Shown in pieces: positions 47,170 to 56,838 of a DNA stretch of 64,000 nt. The position numbers and the translations under genes were made by a program. Numbering within the stretch: position 1 is the stretch's first letter; each line of letters begins with the position of its first letter. The stretch comes from a virus: positions 64,001-128,000 of IMG/VR virus record IMGVR_UViG_3300046463_000548; one strand, 5' to 3'. The notes beneath the pieces are model-generated. The model was not told the DNA's origin and searched no databases. It saw only the letters and a list, made by a program, of their open reading frames with translations.

Positions 47170-47515
47170 AGGCGATTCCGCGTGGATGTTGAATGACGCA
47201 GTCCATGAATCTCTGACGGAACGACTCAGGAATGTCTGGGTGTTGCTTGACGAATTGGAGCAGGAGGTTCTTCACCTGGAGTGCAATGGCTCTTGGATCA
47301 GAGCCGTCCCAGATAAACGCATCAGTGAACTTGAGGTGGTGACCTCTGCGCGTTGATTCGAAGGCGAACTTGCAGGAGGCTTGAGGTCTTCCGACTGTTC
47401 CGTGGATGTTGAGGAAAGCGCGGCCCGAATTCATGTTCATTGAGTAACTGAAAGACGTTACGTCAACGGTCATCGCACCCTGCTTCTCATCTTTGAACGT
47501 AAATTTTGTTCCCAT
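47126..47515 (-). CDS. hypothetical protein
   Basis: ORF in array. Confidence 0.6.
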   Translation of the reverse strand: MGTKFTFKDEKQGAMTVDVTSFSYSMNMNSGRAFLNIHGTVGRPQASCKFAFESTRRGHHLKFTDAFIWDGSDPRAIALQVKNLLLQFVKQHPDIPESFRQRFMDCVIQHPRGIAYAPSQITGPTGTSI

Positions 47516-47727
47516 TGTTTGTAGTATTTCCGTTCGATTCGTTTTTGTATGTGAGCACCGCGATTGTCGTCAGGTGGATCAAACAATGGTTGGCACTGCT
47601 CAGCCTCAAAGACTTTCGCTTGTTCGACAAGAATTTTTGCGATGCTCTCTGACAAAGGGGATGGCCCCACAACGAGGATTGGCGTTCGATCACGTTGTGG
47701 TGAATCTTTCGGCTTCTGGTCCATCAC
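47470..47727 (-). CDS. hypothetical protein
   Basis: GGAG SD. Confidence 0.55.
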   Translation of the reverse strand: MMDQKPKDSPQRDRTPILVVGPSPLSESIAKILVEQAKVFEAEQCQPLFDPPDDNRGAHIQKRIERKYYKQWEQNLRSKMRSRVR

Positions 47728-48013
47728 TATCTCCGTTTGTCCACTGGCTAAGCCGCTCCCGCTCCTGTTCTACCCACCAGTCAGGCGGTCGCACATCTAT
47801 GTTCAAAAATCCACTTTGTATGGACTCAGGCGGGTTGTTTGATTCGTCGCATATCAGGATGTATTGAAGCGGTTCGATTGAACCCTCGTTCTTCCACTTC
47901 TCCAGCAACTGATGCGCACGGTTGGTGATTTCACGCAGCAGCATTGGACTGATGGGTTCAGAGAGGAATTCATCAACTAGCAAGTCGCGCAGGTACTGAG
48001 CGTTGACTGACAT
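47690..48013 (-). CDS. small protein resembling tail sheath C-terminal domain
   Basis: Y.LICDESNNPPESIQSG.LNIDV.P. Confidence 0.6.
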   Translation of the reverse strand: MSVNAQYLRDLLVDEFLSEPISPMLLREITNRAHQLLEKWKNEGSIEPLQYILICDESNNPPESIQSGFLNIDVRPPDWWVEQERERLSQWTNGDSDGPEAERFTTT

Positions 48014-48259
48014 CTAGCGCCTCCCAGTCCGAGCACGTGCTCGCTTCTTGTCTCGAGGGAGGGCTTTACGAAGCGCTCGATTTTTACGTCGAGCTTCTTC
48101 GGGGCGCTCCCAGCTATTGCCGTGGTACACGATCCATCCAGAAGCGCCCTCCGGTGGTGCGGGAAGTGTTAGGGTCAGAGTGTTCGATTCCGAGTCTGTG
48201 CAATCGGGAAGCTCTCTCCAACCGTTGCCGAAGGTCACATGCGTTGTCCTGAATTCCAC
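48014..48259 (-). CDS. small basic-tailed protein, paralog A
   Basis: GGAGG SD; shares I.Y.G..WER...ARARTGRR with neighbour. Confidence 0.65.
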   Translation of the reverse strand: MEFRTTHVTFGNGWRELPDCTDSESNTLTLTLPAPPEGASGWIVYHGNSWERPEEARRKNRALRKALPRDKKRARARTGRR

Positions 48260-48504
48260 TAGCGCCTCCCGGTACGAGCGCGTGCCTGCTTCTTGCGCTT
48301 ATGCAGAGTCTTTCGATAGGCGCGCATACGCAAGCGCCAGTCTTTCATCCGCTCCCAGTCGCGGCCCGTGTAGATGATGTATTCGGTAACACCTTCAAAT
48401 GGATTGAACGTCAGCTCTATTTCGGGTTCTTTAGAAGGCGCGCTGAAGTACGTCATTCGCGCTACTTCTCCTATCTCGCCGCTGATCAGGTCACTTGGAC
48501 TCAT
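48259..48504 (-). CDS. small basic-tailed protein, paralog B
   Basis: Same C-terminus as 48014-48259. Confidence 0.65.
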   Translation of the reverse strand: MSPSDLISGEIGEVARMTYFSAPSKEPEIELTFNPFEGVTEYIIYTGRDWERMKDWRLRMRAYRKTLHKRKKQARARTGRR

Positions 48505-49513
48505 TTTGTGTTCTCACATGGGACAGCGATTTCTCCACGAGAGCGACGATAGACTTCGGAAGCTTCACACCGGTCAGGTGCAGAGATACGGACTCAGCAA
48601 ATAGCTCAGCGACGCTCTTTGTGGCGTACTCGGTGACCAGCGGCTTCAGGTCGTTCATCGAGACGCCTGACACGGGCCACACCTCGCGGATGTCGTCTTT
48701 GAACCCGGCTTCGAACAAAACGTCCAATTCCTTGATCGAGAGCTTGTGCTGCTGCTTGATGTGCTTCAGTATCCACTTCAGGGCGAGTGAATTTTCTTCG
48801 TCCAGTTGACCCTTGAAATCAGATGGGAGGTCCTCCTGTGACAGAAACTGGTCTAGCAACTCAGTGCACACTTTCTTGCCGATGTCTTCGACCAGGATCG
48901 TTGAGTTGTACAATTGCACCCACTGACCACGCAGCGACTTCGAGTGCAGAAACTCGCGGTCCATGTGGTGTGCGTGCTCGTGCAGGATGACCCACAGATA
49001 GTCTTTCGGCTCAACCATTTCCGGCCGGAAGATGAAGCGGTGCGGATTCTTTTCGGGATCGCGCGAACGCTTGTACATACCGCAATACTTCTCGCCGTTG
49101 TAGCGCTGGATTTCCCAGATGCTCGATTCCGGCTGAATCGTAAAGTCCAGACGCTGTTGCTTGAGAACGCGTGCGGCTTTATCGAATGACTTGAAGATGC
49201 GTTCAGCGACTTCCTGTTCTGGTTTATAGAACCAGTAAAGGGTGCCAAACTGATCATGCGTCTTGCGACCCTTGTACAGCGTCGTCAAATCGCAGTCGTA
49301 CGCTTTGCCCGGTCGTGGGCTGCGCCCAAGATTTATGATGATGTCTTTGGTCGGAACCTCAACGGTTTTACGCAGGGCGCGCACATGAGAATCCTTTTCG
49401 AGGGCCCCCACGACAATCCCTTGATCAACACCGGACACCTTGAAAAGAAAATTCTTGCCGCTATCGCCAGTACTGGCAATGACGTAGTCACCACTTTCGA
49501 ATTTGGACATCAC
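48491..49513 (-). CDS. zincin-like metallopeptidase-domain protein
   Basis: LHEHAHH and VTEYA....ELFAE. Confidence 0.7.
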   Translation of the reverse strand: MMSKFESGDYVIASTGDSGKNFLFKVSGVDQGIVVGALEKDSHVRALRKTVEVPTKDIIINLGRSPRPGKAYDCDLTTLYKGRKTHDQFGTLYWFYKPEQEVAERIFKSFDKAARVLKQQRLDFTIQPESSIWEIQRYNGEKYCGMYKRSRDPEKNPHRFIFRPEMVEPKDYLWVILHEHAHHMDREFLHSKSLRGQWVQLYNSTILVEDIGKKVCTELLDQFLSQEDLPSDFKGQLDEENSLALKWILKHIKQQHKLSIKELDVLFEAGFKDDIREVWPVSGVSMNDLKPLVTEYATKSVAELFAESVSLHLTGVKLPKSIVALVEKSLSHVRTQNESK

Positions 49514-49525
49514 ACAGACCTATAG

Positions 49526-49559
49526 AAAAAGGCCCGAACCTTGTTTCAGGATCGGGCCT
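49526..49559 (-). terminator. rho-independent terminator
   Basis: AGGCCCGA...TCGGGCCT TTTT on - strand. Confidence 0.75.
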
Positions 49560-49581
49560 CGTACACGGAGCAGACGGGCAC

Positions 49582-50682
49582 TTATTGGGCCATCACCTGA
49601 ACAACGGGAGCTTGCGGAACGACAGGGATCACAATCGGTTGCGGAACCGGCTGCGGCTGAATCGTGATCGGCGTCTCGACCACTTCCGGGGCGGGTGCGG
49701 GCGCTGCGACTTCGGCAGGGATCAGAGCTTCAGTGACCACTGCGGGAGCCTCCACGGCTGCTTCCGGTGCTCCTGCGACCGTTTCTTGCGCGGCCAGGAT
49801 CGTAGCCGGATCGAACTCGCTTTCTGCGGAGCTAACAACGGGCTGCGCTGCCACGGGGCCAAGCTCCACAGCTTCCACGCCCGGGGTAGGTGCCGTATCG
49901 AGCGTCTTGTTCGCCGTGCCCACCAGAACCGCAGCGTACAGGCCGTTCACCGAGTATTCAGGAACGATGCCGATCCATGCGTCCCACACGATTTCGTCAC
50001 GGCGGAACTTCGTCAGGACCGTGAAGTAATCGACCGTGTTGACTTCTGTTGACGGGTGGAACACTTCGCGCAGCGACTCTTCCGTGATGTTGCCTTCGAG
50101 CGGGAAGAGCAGCTTGTGTTCGGTCAGGTCGTATTGTTCGTTGGGCGAGTTCGAGTACAGAACGACTGCCTGCGACAAGTCTTCAGCCGTCAGCTTCGGC
50201 ATGCGAAGGTCCGGATTCTGAGAGATTGCGAACGACACGCTCAGGTGCGTCGGCTCTTCGTTGCTCGCGGTCAATTCGCGCAGCATCTGCTCCGCAAGCG
50301 TCTCGTCGGAGTTTGCCGTGGCCGGTGCGCGAACGATCAACGAATCTTCGTCTTCGCCGTCGTCCGTGATTTGGATTACCGCGTCGTCTTCGTCTTCAAG
50401 GGTGCTGTAATCAGCCGGGTTGAAGACGATCAGGCGATTCAGGCGCTGTTCAAGCTCGCCATCGACGTTGTAGAACTGGTAGACCTTCAGAAACTTGTCC
50501 ACGTCACGGTTGTACACGTTGCCTTCAACGTCCGTGTAGATGACCTGTGGCGGATGGTCTTCCTGTGTTTTCGGGCTCAGGGTCAGGTTCGTCAGGAACA
50601 GGAATTTGACCTGGCTACCGTCCTTGCGCATCCATACACTGCCTTTTGACAGTTGCAAATCGAGGTTTTCGTTAGACGACAT
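49582..50682 (-). CDS. acidic hypothetical protein with A/P/V-rich tail
   Basis: AAGGA SD; biased codon usage; own terminator. Confidence 0.75.
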   Translation of the reverse strand: MSSNENLDLQLSKGSVWMRKDGSQVKFLFLTNLTLSPKTQEDHPPQVIYTDVEGNVYNRDVDKFLKVYQFYNVDGELEQRLNRLIVFNPADYSTLEDEDDAVIQITDDGEDEDSLIVRAPATANSDETLAEQMLRELTASNEEPTHLSVSFAISQNPDLRMPKLTAEDLSQAVVLYSNSPNEQYDLTEHKLLFPLEGNITEESLREVFHPSTEVNTVDYFTVLTKFRRDEIVWDAWIGIVPEYSVNGLYAAVLVGTANKTLDTAPTPGVEAVELGPVAAQPVVSSAESEFDPATILAAQETVAGAPEAAVEAPAVVTEALIPAEVAAPAPAPEVVETPITIQPQPVPQPIVIPVVPQAPVVQVMAQ

Positions 50683-50724
50683 TCTAAAAATCCTTTAGGG
50701 AAGGGGTTACGCCTGCTTCATTAG

Positions 50725-51099
50725 TTATTTACTCGTCGCAGGTGCATCTTTCGCAGGTATTTGTGCACCCGCTTTCACGTTTATATTCAACAACTTAGAG
50801 GTCAGTCGCACGTATCTGGCAAAGCGTCCGGAGCAGTCGGTATAAGCGTTTGCCCATGCAGAAATGGGGTCCAACGTGTCGCTTTCTGAGTACGGCCGGG
50901 TGTCAAGCAAAGCCATCGGCGTGCACGGTGCGATTAGCTGCTCGTCAATCGTTACGGACTGCTTGTTAGCCACGGTGGCCGGTAGGTCAGGGGCCACAGG
51001 TTTAGGCGGGGCCATTGAGCAGCCGCTAACAAGCACGGACACGCCAACAACAAAAAGTGCAAGTGCCACCAGCACTAGATCGCTCTTCTGTAGCTTCAT
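50725..51099 (-). CDS. outer-membrane spanin (Rz1-like lipoprotein)
   Basis: Signal peptide with lipobox VSGC; Pro-rich; two further Cys. Confidence 0.75.
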   Translation of the reverse strand: MKLQKSDLVLVALALFVVGVSVLVSGCSMAPPKPVAPDLPATVANKQSVTIDEQLIAPCTPMALLDTRPYSESDTLDPISAWANAYTDCSGRFARYVRLTSKLLNINVKAGAQIPAKDAPATSK

Positions 51100-51506
51100 T
51101 GAGATGCCCCGATAGGTGCTGAGGCAGGCGACTCAGCTTTCAGTATGTTGTTGATCGCTTGGACCGTTGGCAGAGACCAGCCGCACGATTTCGCTGTTTG
51201 CGGATTGGCTTCGCGATACTGCGTGACAACGCGCGACCGGGTAGTCATGGCCGCGAACGTAGCTGAGGCTGCGTCGGCGCGTGCGGCCTGCGCGTCACTC
51301 TCGAACTGCTCCAGCTTGCCGTTGTTTGCTGCAACCTGGAGATTGTTCGCATCGACCATCTTGTTGATTGTGGTTTGCTGCGTGTCCCAGGCCACTTGAT
51401 AGCCCTTGCTGTAGCCGTGACTCGAACCGGCCTCAAACGCACCGAGTAGGATCGCTAGGACTGCGACAAGGGGTAGCACGTACTTCAAAAGTAACGTTCC
51501 AATCAT
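51096..51506 (-). CDS. inner-membrane spanin (Rz-like)
   Basis: N-terminal TM, coiled coil, C-terminal Cys; start re-called at MIGTL. Confidence 0.75.
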   Translation of the reverse strand: MIGTLLLKYVLPLVAVLAILLGAFEAGSSHGYSKGYQVAWDTQQTTINKMVDANNLQVAANNGKLEQFESDAQAARADAASATFAAMTTRSRVVTQYREANPQTAKSCGWSLPTVQAINNILKAESPASAPIGASQ

Positions 51507-52546
51507 TCCTGCACCTCGCATGAGAAGTACTTCGATTTGATACGGTCGATAATCCACGCGGGACAGTTGCCGGGATCAAACAAATCAACCCCGTCCTCTT
51601 TCGCGCGTTTCGACGGTTCCGGATAGTGCGCATATAGCTGGTATGGCGAACCCTTCACGGCCCACAACCTGATGGCCACAACGTCGAAGAAATTCCTTAG
51701 CTGGGGTTTCAATTTGTCGGTTGCGTCGATGCCCGCGTCGTCACCGTCCATCATCAAAATGATGCGTTCGACTCCTGAGATTTCCAGCAGACGGGACTTC
51801 TTGTCCGACCATGACTGGGTGCCGAAAATACACACAGCAGGAATGCCCGACATAATCAAACGCAGCGCATCTCGCTGACCTTCGACCAGCACCAGCGTGT
51901 TCAATCCCATGTCCTTCATCATCTGCAACGACAGATCGAATGGCCACAATCCGCGCGATTTTGACCAGCCGTCGTGATCGATGGCAGCGGCCAGCAGGTA
52001 GGAGGGTTTGTCCTTTTTCTTCTTCAGACGTGCGAGAAAGAAGCCTTCGGTTTCACCCTTGACGACGACCGGGAAATGAATAAATTTTTCGGTTCCCCAT
52101 TTTTCATATTCTTCGAACCACCGATAACAAAAACGAGCGCCAAGCTCGATCAGGAGATTCGTGGGTATCTGACGCCAGAATTTGTTTCGGGGAAGCTTCG
52201 AGAACTTGAATTTGTCCTTGCGATATTTCTCTTGGACAGTGAGCATCGATAGACCTTTGCTCATTAACAGGTCCATCGCTTCCTCATCCTTGGGCGGCCC
52301 CTTGGTGTAGGGCTGCAGTCCCAAGCGAGGTGCAACTTCGTCCCACGTAGCACGAGCAGGGCACGCAAAGCATTTGAAACGGCCTAGTCCACGTTCCCCT
52401 AACCAGATGCTGCCTGAGGGCGTCCGCTCGCTGTGGTAGGGGCACAGGATCATCACCCGGTTACCTGCGTCTTTCTTCTGCCCCGCGTACCGTGCTAGCT
52501 GATCACGGATGAAGTTGTATTTATTCTGCCGATCAATCGCGTCCAT
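51503..52546 (-). CDS. DnaG-type DNA primase
   Basis: CPYH.E.TPS...CFAC zinc finger; TOPRIM VEGQRD and DGDDAG. Confidence 0.9.
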   Translation of the reverse strand: MDAIDRQNKYNFIRDQLARYAGQKKDAGNRVMILCPYHSERTPSGSIWLGERGLGRFKCFACPARATWDEVAPRLGLQPYTKGPPKDEEAMDLLMSKGLSMLTVQEKYRKDKFKFSKLPRNKFWRQIPTNLLIELGARFCYRWFEEYEKWGTEKFIHFPVVVKGETEGFFLARLKKKKDKPSYLLAAAIDHDGWSKSRGLWPFDLSLQMMKDMGLNTLVLVEGQRDALRLIMSGIPAVCIFGTQSWSDKKSRLLEISGVERIILMMDGDDAGIDATDKLKPQLRNFFDVVAIRLWAVKGSPYQLYAHYPEPSKRAKEDGVDLFDPGNCPAWIIDRIKSKYFSCEVQE

Positions 52547-53270
52547 TTTCCGTTTTCCGTCTAGGCGGAAGCACATCTAGATTCGGGTTCTTGTACAGCA
52601 CCGCTTCGAGCGCGTTAAACGCTTTCAGCAAGCCATCGGTTTCCGTGAACGTGTTGCCCCACGAGTACCAGCGTGAGCACAGACTTTGCGTGTGGATGAA
52701 CAACGGCCGGTTGTAGATCGCGGGGTACCGATAGAACACGTACCGCGTTGGCTCCTGATCGCGGATTTCCGGAATCCAGGAGTCGTCCGTCGAAAACAGC
52801 AGCCTCACAGACTTATTTACTACGTCGTAGCAGCCCGTGAGGTGTAGCGGAACTTTTTCGGCCAGGACAATGAAGTACGAGTGATCCGACTGGTTGTTGA
52901 TGATCGCTAGATACGGATCGTCTAACAGCAACCGAACATCCGACATCATCTGGTTGAGCTTGTACAGATTGCGTGCGCCTTCGAATCTTGAATCTATTTC
53001 CGTCAGCAACTCTTTGAGCTTGGTTGTGATGGTCGCAGATGCCGGACCGGATTCAGATATCACCGATACAGTGAGATACTTGTTGCGCTGGGGGATCGCA
53101 ACAACGTCCTCTGTCTTGTTCAGACTGGATATGAGCAGGGAATAGATACCGCGAAATCGGGATTCGGTGTGAGCCCCGTGTTTCGTCTGTTCGTCCCTGA
53201 AAACGGGGAACGGTTTTACTGGCGTTGTTGCAGCCAGCATCACCGAGCCATAGACAGATGACTCTTGCAT
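52533..53270 (-). CDS. hypothetical protein
   Basis: GAGG SD; in replication module. Confidence 0.7.
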   Translation of the reverse strand: MQESSVYGSVMLAATTPVKPFPVFRDEQTKHGAHTESRFRGIYSLLISSLNKTEDVVAIPQRNKYLTVSVISESGPASATITTKLKELLTEIDSRFEGARNLYKLNQMMSDVRLLLDDPYLAIINNQSDHSYFIVLAEKVPLHLTGCYDVVNKSVRLLFSTDDSWIPEIRDQEPTRYVFYRYPAIYNRPLFIHTQSLCSRWYSWGNTFTETDGLLKAFNALEAVLYKNPNLDVLPPRRKTENGRD

Positions 53271-53291
53271 AGGGGAACCTCTGAGGGCTGG

Positions 53292-53663
53292 TTAATTCGT
53301 GGCGAGCATCTGGGGGACGGTGATCGCGCGGTTGCGGACCGTTCCACCAAAGAGGTGCGCGAGTTCGACGGGATTCTCAATCTCTGAATCCATGAGCACG
53401 TCAATTACGTCGAATATCAGTAGCTCGCGCTGATCGGCCGTAGAGGCAAAAAACATCGTTGAGTACAGTTCCTGCTCAAAGACGTAAGTGCCTCTAGGCT
53501 CAGATGCGTCGTATGACGTGATGGTGAGTTGCATGTCGAACACGCCGCTAACCTTCGTCACAAACAGCAGATACGTGATGGGCGTGTCCTGCTTCTCCGC
53601 ATCAAATATCTGCCATTCATCATCACCAACCCGATCTACTGTGTATCGGGCCTGTGCTGTCAT
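53292..53663 (-). CDS. hypothetical protein
   Basis: ATGA coupling to polymerase. Confidence 0.7.
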   Translation of the reverse strand: MTAQARYTVDRVGDDEWQIFDAEKQDTPITYLLFVTKVSGVFDMQLTITSYDASEPRGTYVFEQELYSTMFFASTADQRELLIFDVIDVLMDSEIENPVELAHLFGGTVRNRAITVPQMLATN

Positions 53664-56600
53664 GCTTCTACTTCCTCCTTAATTGCGTCCCTGATCTGTG
53701 CGTCAAGATCGGGAACGTTCAGCAGCGGGAAATTCTTCTGGAGCCAACGGCGCGTATCCTTCATCGTCCACGGCTTGAGAATCTTCTCTAAAACTTCGGA
53801 CTGTGTGCCTTCGAGCACGCCTAGTTCCTCCGAGTCCTTCAGGGTTGATTTCAGACCGGAAATGAGGTTAGGCAACGACCAGTCCCACTTGTAGGTCTGT
53901 GCGTCGTGTGCCCCGATTTCGATTTCGATTTCGGGCTCGACCGTGAACTCGATGTTGAAGTCTTCGAGGTACGCTTGAGTCACGCCATACGTCGCCTGGT
54001 ATTGCAGAATGTGGATGAACGGAATCACCATTTCGTAGGGGACGCTGTAGTAATTTGCGTCGTGCACAGTTCGATTGAACAGAACACGCCAGTCCCAGTT
54101 GGTCCCATCGAGGCTTAGCCACTCCTTGAAGCGTCGCAGGTGCATGTAGTAAGCCTTCATGATTTCCCGCCCAGCCTTCACCCCAATCTCCGACGCCATA
54201 CCCTGCACTGGAGCGTTAGAACCACGCCGCACCTGTTCCGCAACGATTGCCCGGTTCTCTGTCATGGCCGCAGGCAGGAAGCGACGACGGCCGTTAGGCG
54301 CGTAGACGTAATACTCGTTTTCTGCCATCTCCTGCATCTTCTTGGTCCAACGCGCGCCAGCTTTGAATTCCTTGAACATCTTGTCGATGATGTCCTGCGC
54401 GTAGCCCGTGCGATCTTCTTCGAGCAGGGCGGTCAGTTTCAGGTCAAGCTCTTCGAGCATCTTGTTGATTTCGATCAGACGCTTGCTGTCCTTCGTGACC
54501 AGCGATTCTTCGTAGAGCGCGGAAATCTTGCCCTTCAACGAATCCATGTCACCCTTCTTCGTGTCGATACCAAGGGTCTTTGCTCCCTTGCCGTACAGCA
54601 CGCCGAACACAACGGCCTTCACTGCATCACGGAGCGGGTGATCCTTGTCCACCAACTGACCGAAGAACCGCAGCACGTTCAAGATGTGAATGTCACCTTT
54701 CTCCTTGATCGCCTTCTTGTTCTCGTCTGTCGGGTTCTTGATGAAGTCCTGACGCAGCTTCTGGCCTGCACGGAACGCTTCGGCCAATACCTTGTCCCCA
54801 GCGATAATCGACCACACGCGAACTTCGTGAGCAGAGTAGTCGTACCGGATCATCAGGTACCCTTTCTTCGCCACGAACATGCGCTTGATGATCTTCGCGA
54901 GCTTCCCGCGCGATGGAATCTGCTGAAGGTTCGGACCCATCGAAGCTAGACGGCCGGTGACCACGGCCCAGATCGAGTAGTCTGGTCTCAGGTGATTGTC
55001 GAACGCCGCGTCGATGTTCACGGTGAGCCGCTTGTACCACCCCTTGACGTAGGTGGACATCAACTTGTGCAACGCTTGAAATTCACCGTACAGCGAGATG
55101 ATCTTGTTCGTGTCCTTGTAGTGAGCAACGAACGCTTTGTCGATGGCCGGTGCGCCCGTAGCAGTCTGAGATAGCGGCTCTAGCCCCAGGATATCGAGAA
55201 AGAGCTTCCGCTTGTGGAGCGGCTTCGTCAGCTTGAACATCCAGGTTGCTGCGACATTCTTGAACCCTAGTCCCGCAGACTTGAATCCCGACTCGTTCAG
55301 CAGTTCCTTGTTTGCCTGCTTTACTTCCCGATGGACCTTGAACTCGCCTTCCGCCCGTGTCAGTTCCTTCTGGAGTGGCGACTCCGCACCGAGCAGGTGC
55401 TTCAGGTACGATTTCTGGATCAGAGACCCGTCCTGCTTCAAATGCGATAGCTGGTGAGCGGTGTCGCCCATCTGGCAGAGCATGTGCCGCAGGTAATACG
55501 GCTTGTAGTTCTGCCCAGCAATCTCCATGAACGACGAGCGGCGTATCTGCTCTTTACGTATGTGGAAAATCGACACAACGTCAGTCGCAGCGTACGCCAG
55601 AAAGTCTTTGGATGACGGATCGGTCGAACCGGTGTTCGAACGTTCCTCTTTCGAGAATGCGGCCTTGAAATAGAAGTCGTTGCCGTACGAGCAGTAGATC
55701 GGCCGCAGACCACCGAACTTCGAACTGTCGTTTGCTGCTTCATCGCGGATCGACGTGACGTGATTAAGCGCCGAAATGTTTTCGTCTAGCTCGTGCTCGC
55801 CAAACGTCACTTCCCAAACGTCGTGCCAGATGATCGGAATCTTCAGGCATTGTCTGATCACACGCAAATCAAACATGCCGTTCATCGTTATGAGAAGCTT
55901 GCGATCCTCGTAGTCCTTCGAGAACCGTTTTTTCAACTCACGTTTTATGTACAGACGCTCGTCGTCCGTCCAGTGCACCAGCGGGTGATCAACAGGAATC
56001 ACGTAGCCGGTTTCTGGCGCGTGGTCCATACAGAACTGGATCGTATATATTCGATTGAACAGGACCGACAGGTTACGTGTTTCCGTGTCTACCGCGATGA
56101 TCCGCGCTTCATCGAAACGGCGCATCACCTGGTTGAATTTCTCAATCGTATCTACATACTTTGGCTTTGCCTGTATGTGCGAGAGATTGTGCGGCATCCT
56201 TCCGATAAACAGATTCATCAGATGCCGACACCAGAACCCTAAGAGGTTTGCGTACTCGCCGTCCTTCTCCATGAGTTTGAAGAAGTCCAGGGTCGATACC
56301 ACTTTCAGATCGAGCCCCTGGACCTTCAGTTCGTGGACCCACCCACGTTTGTATTGTGGGTGTTCGATCATCGGAAATAGCGCACGCATCGCCTGATCGC
56401 CGGACACCAGGATGTGTGTCGGCTTGATTTTCTGAATCAGCTTGTGGATGCGTTCGGCAAACAGGCCCTCAGCCTCACGGCGATGGCCCGGACTCAAATG
56501 CAGATGTCGGAACGCGTTGAAGTTGGCAACCGTGTAAGCCGCTTCAGGTAGCCCCTTCTTCTGGTAGGGAACCGACAGCTTCCGTGCGTATTTGATAGCG

Positions 56601-56803
56601 TTCTTCACCGGGGTCATCGTGTCCTGATGACCAAGCATCTCGCCTTCTTTCAGGTCCCGGATGTCTACCGTCTGCATCACGACCAGGACGCGGGTCTTTG
56701 AGTCACCCCACGTCCTACACTGCTTGATGCCTAGCCCGTAAGGCTCGCGTTTGGCGAACGCTTCGGTTTGTATGTCAAATGCAAATGCCCGCTCAAGCAA
56801 CAT
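53660..56803 (-). CDS. polA: family A DNA polymerase with 3'-5' exonuclease and UDG-like N-terminal domain
   Basis: VDTET exo I; TGRLAS.GPNLQQIP; DYSAHEVR; R...K...FG.LYG; VHDA. Confidence 0.95.
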   Translation of the reverse strand: MLLERAFAFDIQTEAFAKREPYGLGIKQCRTWGDSKTRVLVVMQTVDIRDLKEGEMLGHQDTMTPVKNAIKYARKLSVPYQKKGLPEAAYTVANFNAFRHLHLSPGHRREAEGLFAERIHKLIQKIKPTHILVSGDQAMRALFPMIEHPQYKRGWVHELKVQGLDLKVVSTLDFFKLMEKDGEYANLLGFWCRHLMNLFIGRMPHNLSHIQAKPKYVDTIEKFNQVMRRFDEARIIAVDTETRNLSVLFNRIYTIQFCMDHAPETGYVIPVDHPLVHWTDDERLYIKRELKKRFSKDYEDRKLLITMNGMFDLRVIRQCLKIPIIWHDVWEVTFGEHELDENISALNHVTSIRDEAANDSSKFGGLRPIYCSYGNDFYFKAAFSKEERSNTGSTDPSSKDFLAYAATDVVSIFHIRKEQIRRSSFMEIAGQNYKPYYLRHMLCQMGDTAHQLSHLKQDGSLIQKSYLKHLLGAESPLQKELTRAEGEFKVHREVKQANKELLNESGFKSAGLGFKNVAATWMFKLTKPLHKRKLFLDILGLEPLSQTATGAPAIDKAFVAHYKDTNKIISLYGEFQALHKLMSTYVKGWYKRLTVNIDAAFDNHLRPDYSIWAVVTGRLASMGPNLQQIPSRGKLAKIIKRMFVAKKGYLMIRYDYSAHEVRVWSIIAGDKVLAEAFRAGQKLRQDFIKNPTDENKKAIKEKGDIHILNVLRFFGQLVDKDHPLRDAVKAVVFGVLYGKGAKTLGIDTKKGDMDSLKGKISALYEESLVTKDSKRLIEINKMLEELDLKLTALLEEDRTGYAQDIIDKMFKEFKAGARWTKKMQEMAENEYYVYAPNGRRRFLPAAMTENRAIVAEQVRRGSNAPVQGMASEIGVKAGREIMKAYYMHLRRFKEWLSLDGTNWDWRVLFNRTVHDANYYSVPYEMVIPFIHILQYQATYGVTQAYLEDFNIEFTVEPEIEIEIGAHDAQTYKWDWSLPNLISGLKSTLKDSEELGVLEGTQSEVLEKILKPWTMKDTRRWLQKNFPLLNVPDLDAQIRDAIKEEVEA

Positions 56804-56838
56804 GGGTTGATCCTTAGTTCGAACTCTCTACTTGCTAT

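Noticed and set aside
34679-56803. Inteins in terminase, UvsX or PolA
   Set aside because: No C/S-start...HN-C/S/T splice junctions or LAGLIDADG blocks; inserts are short
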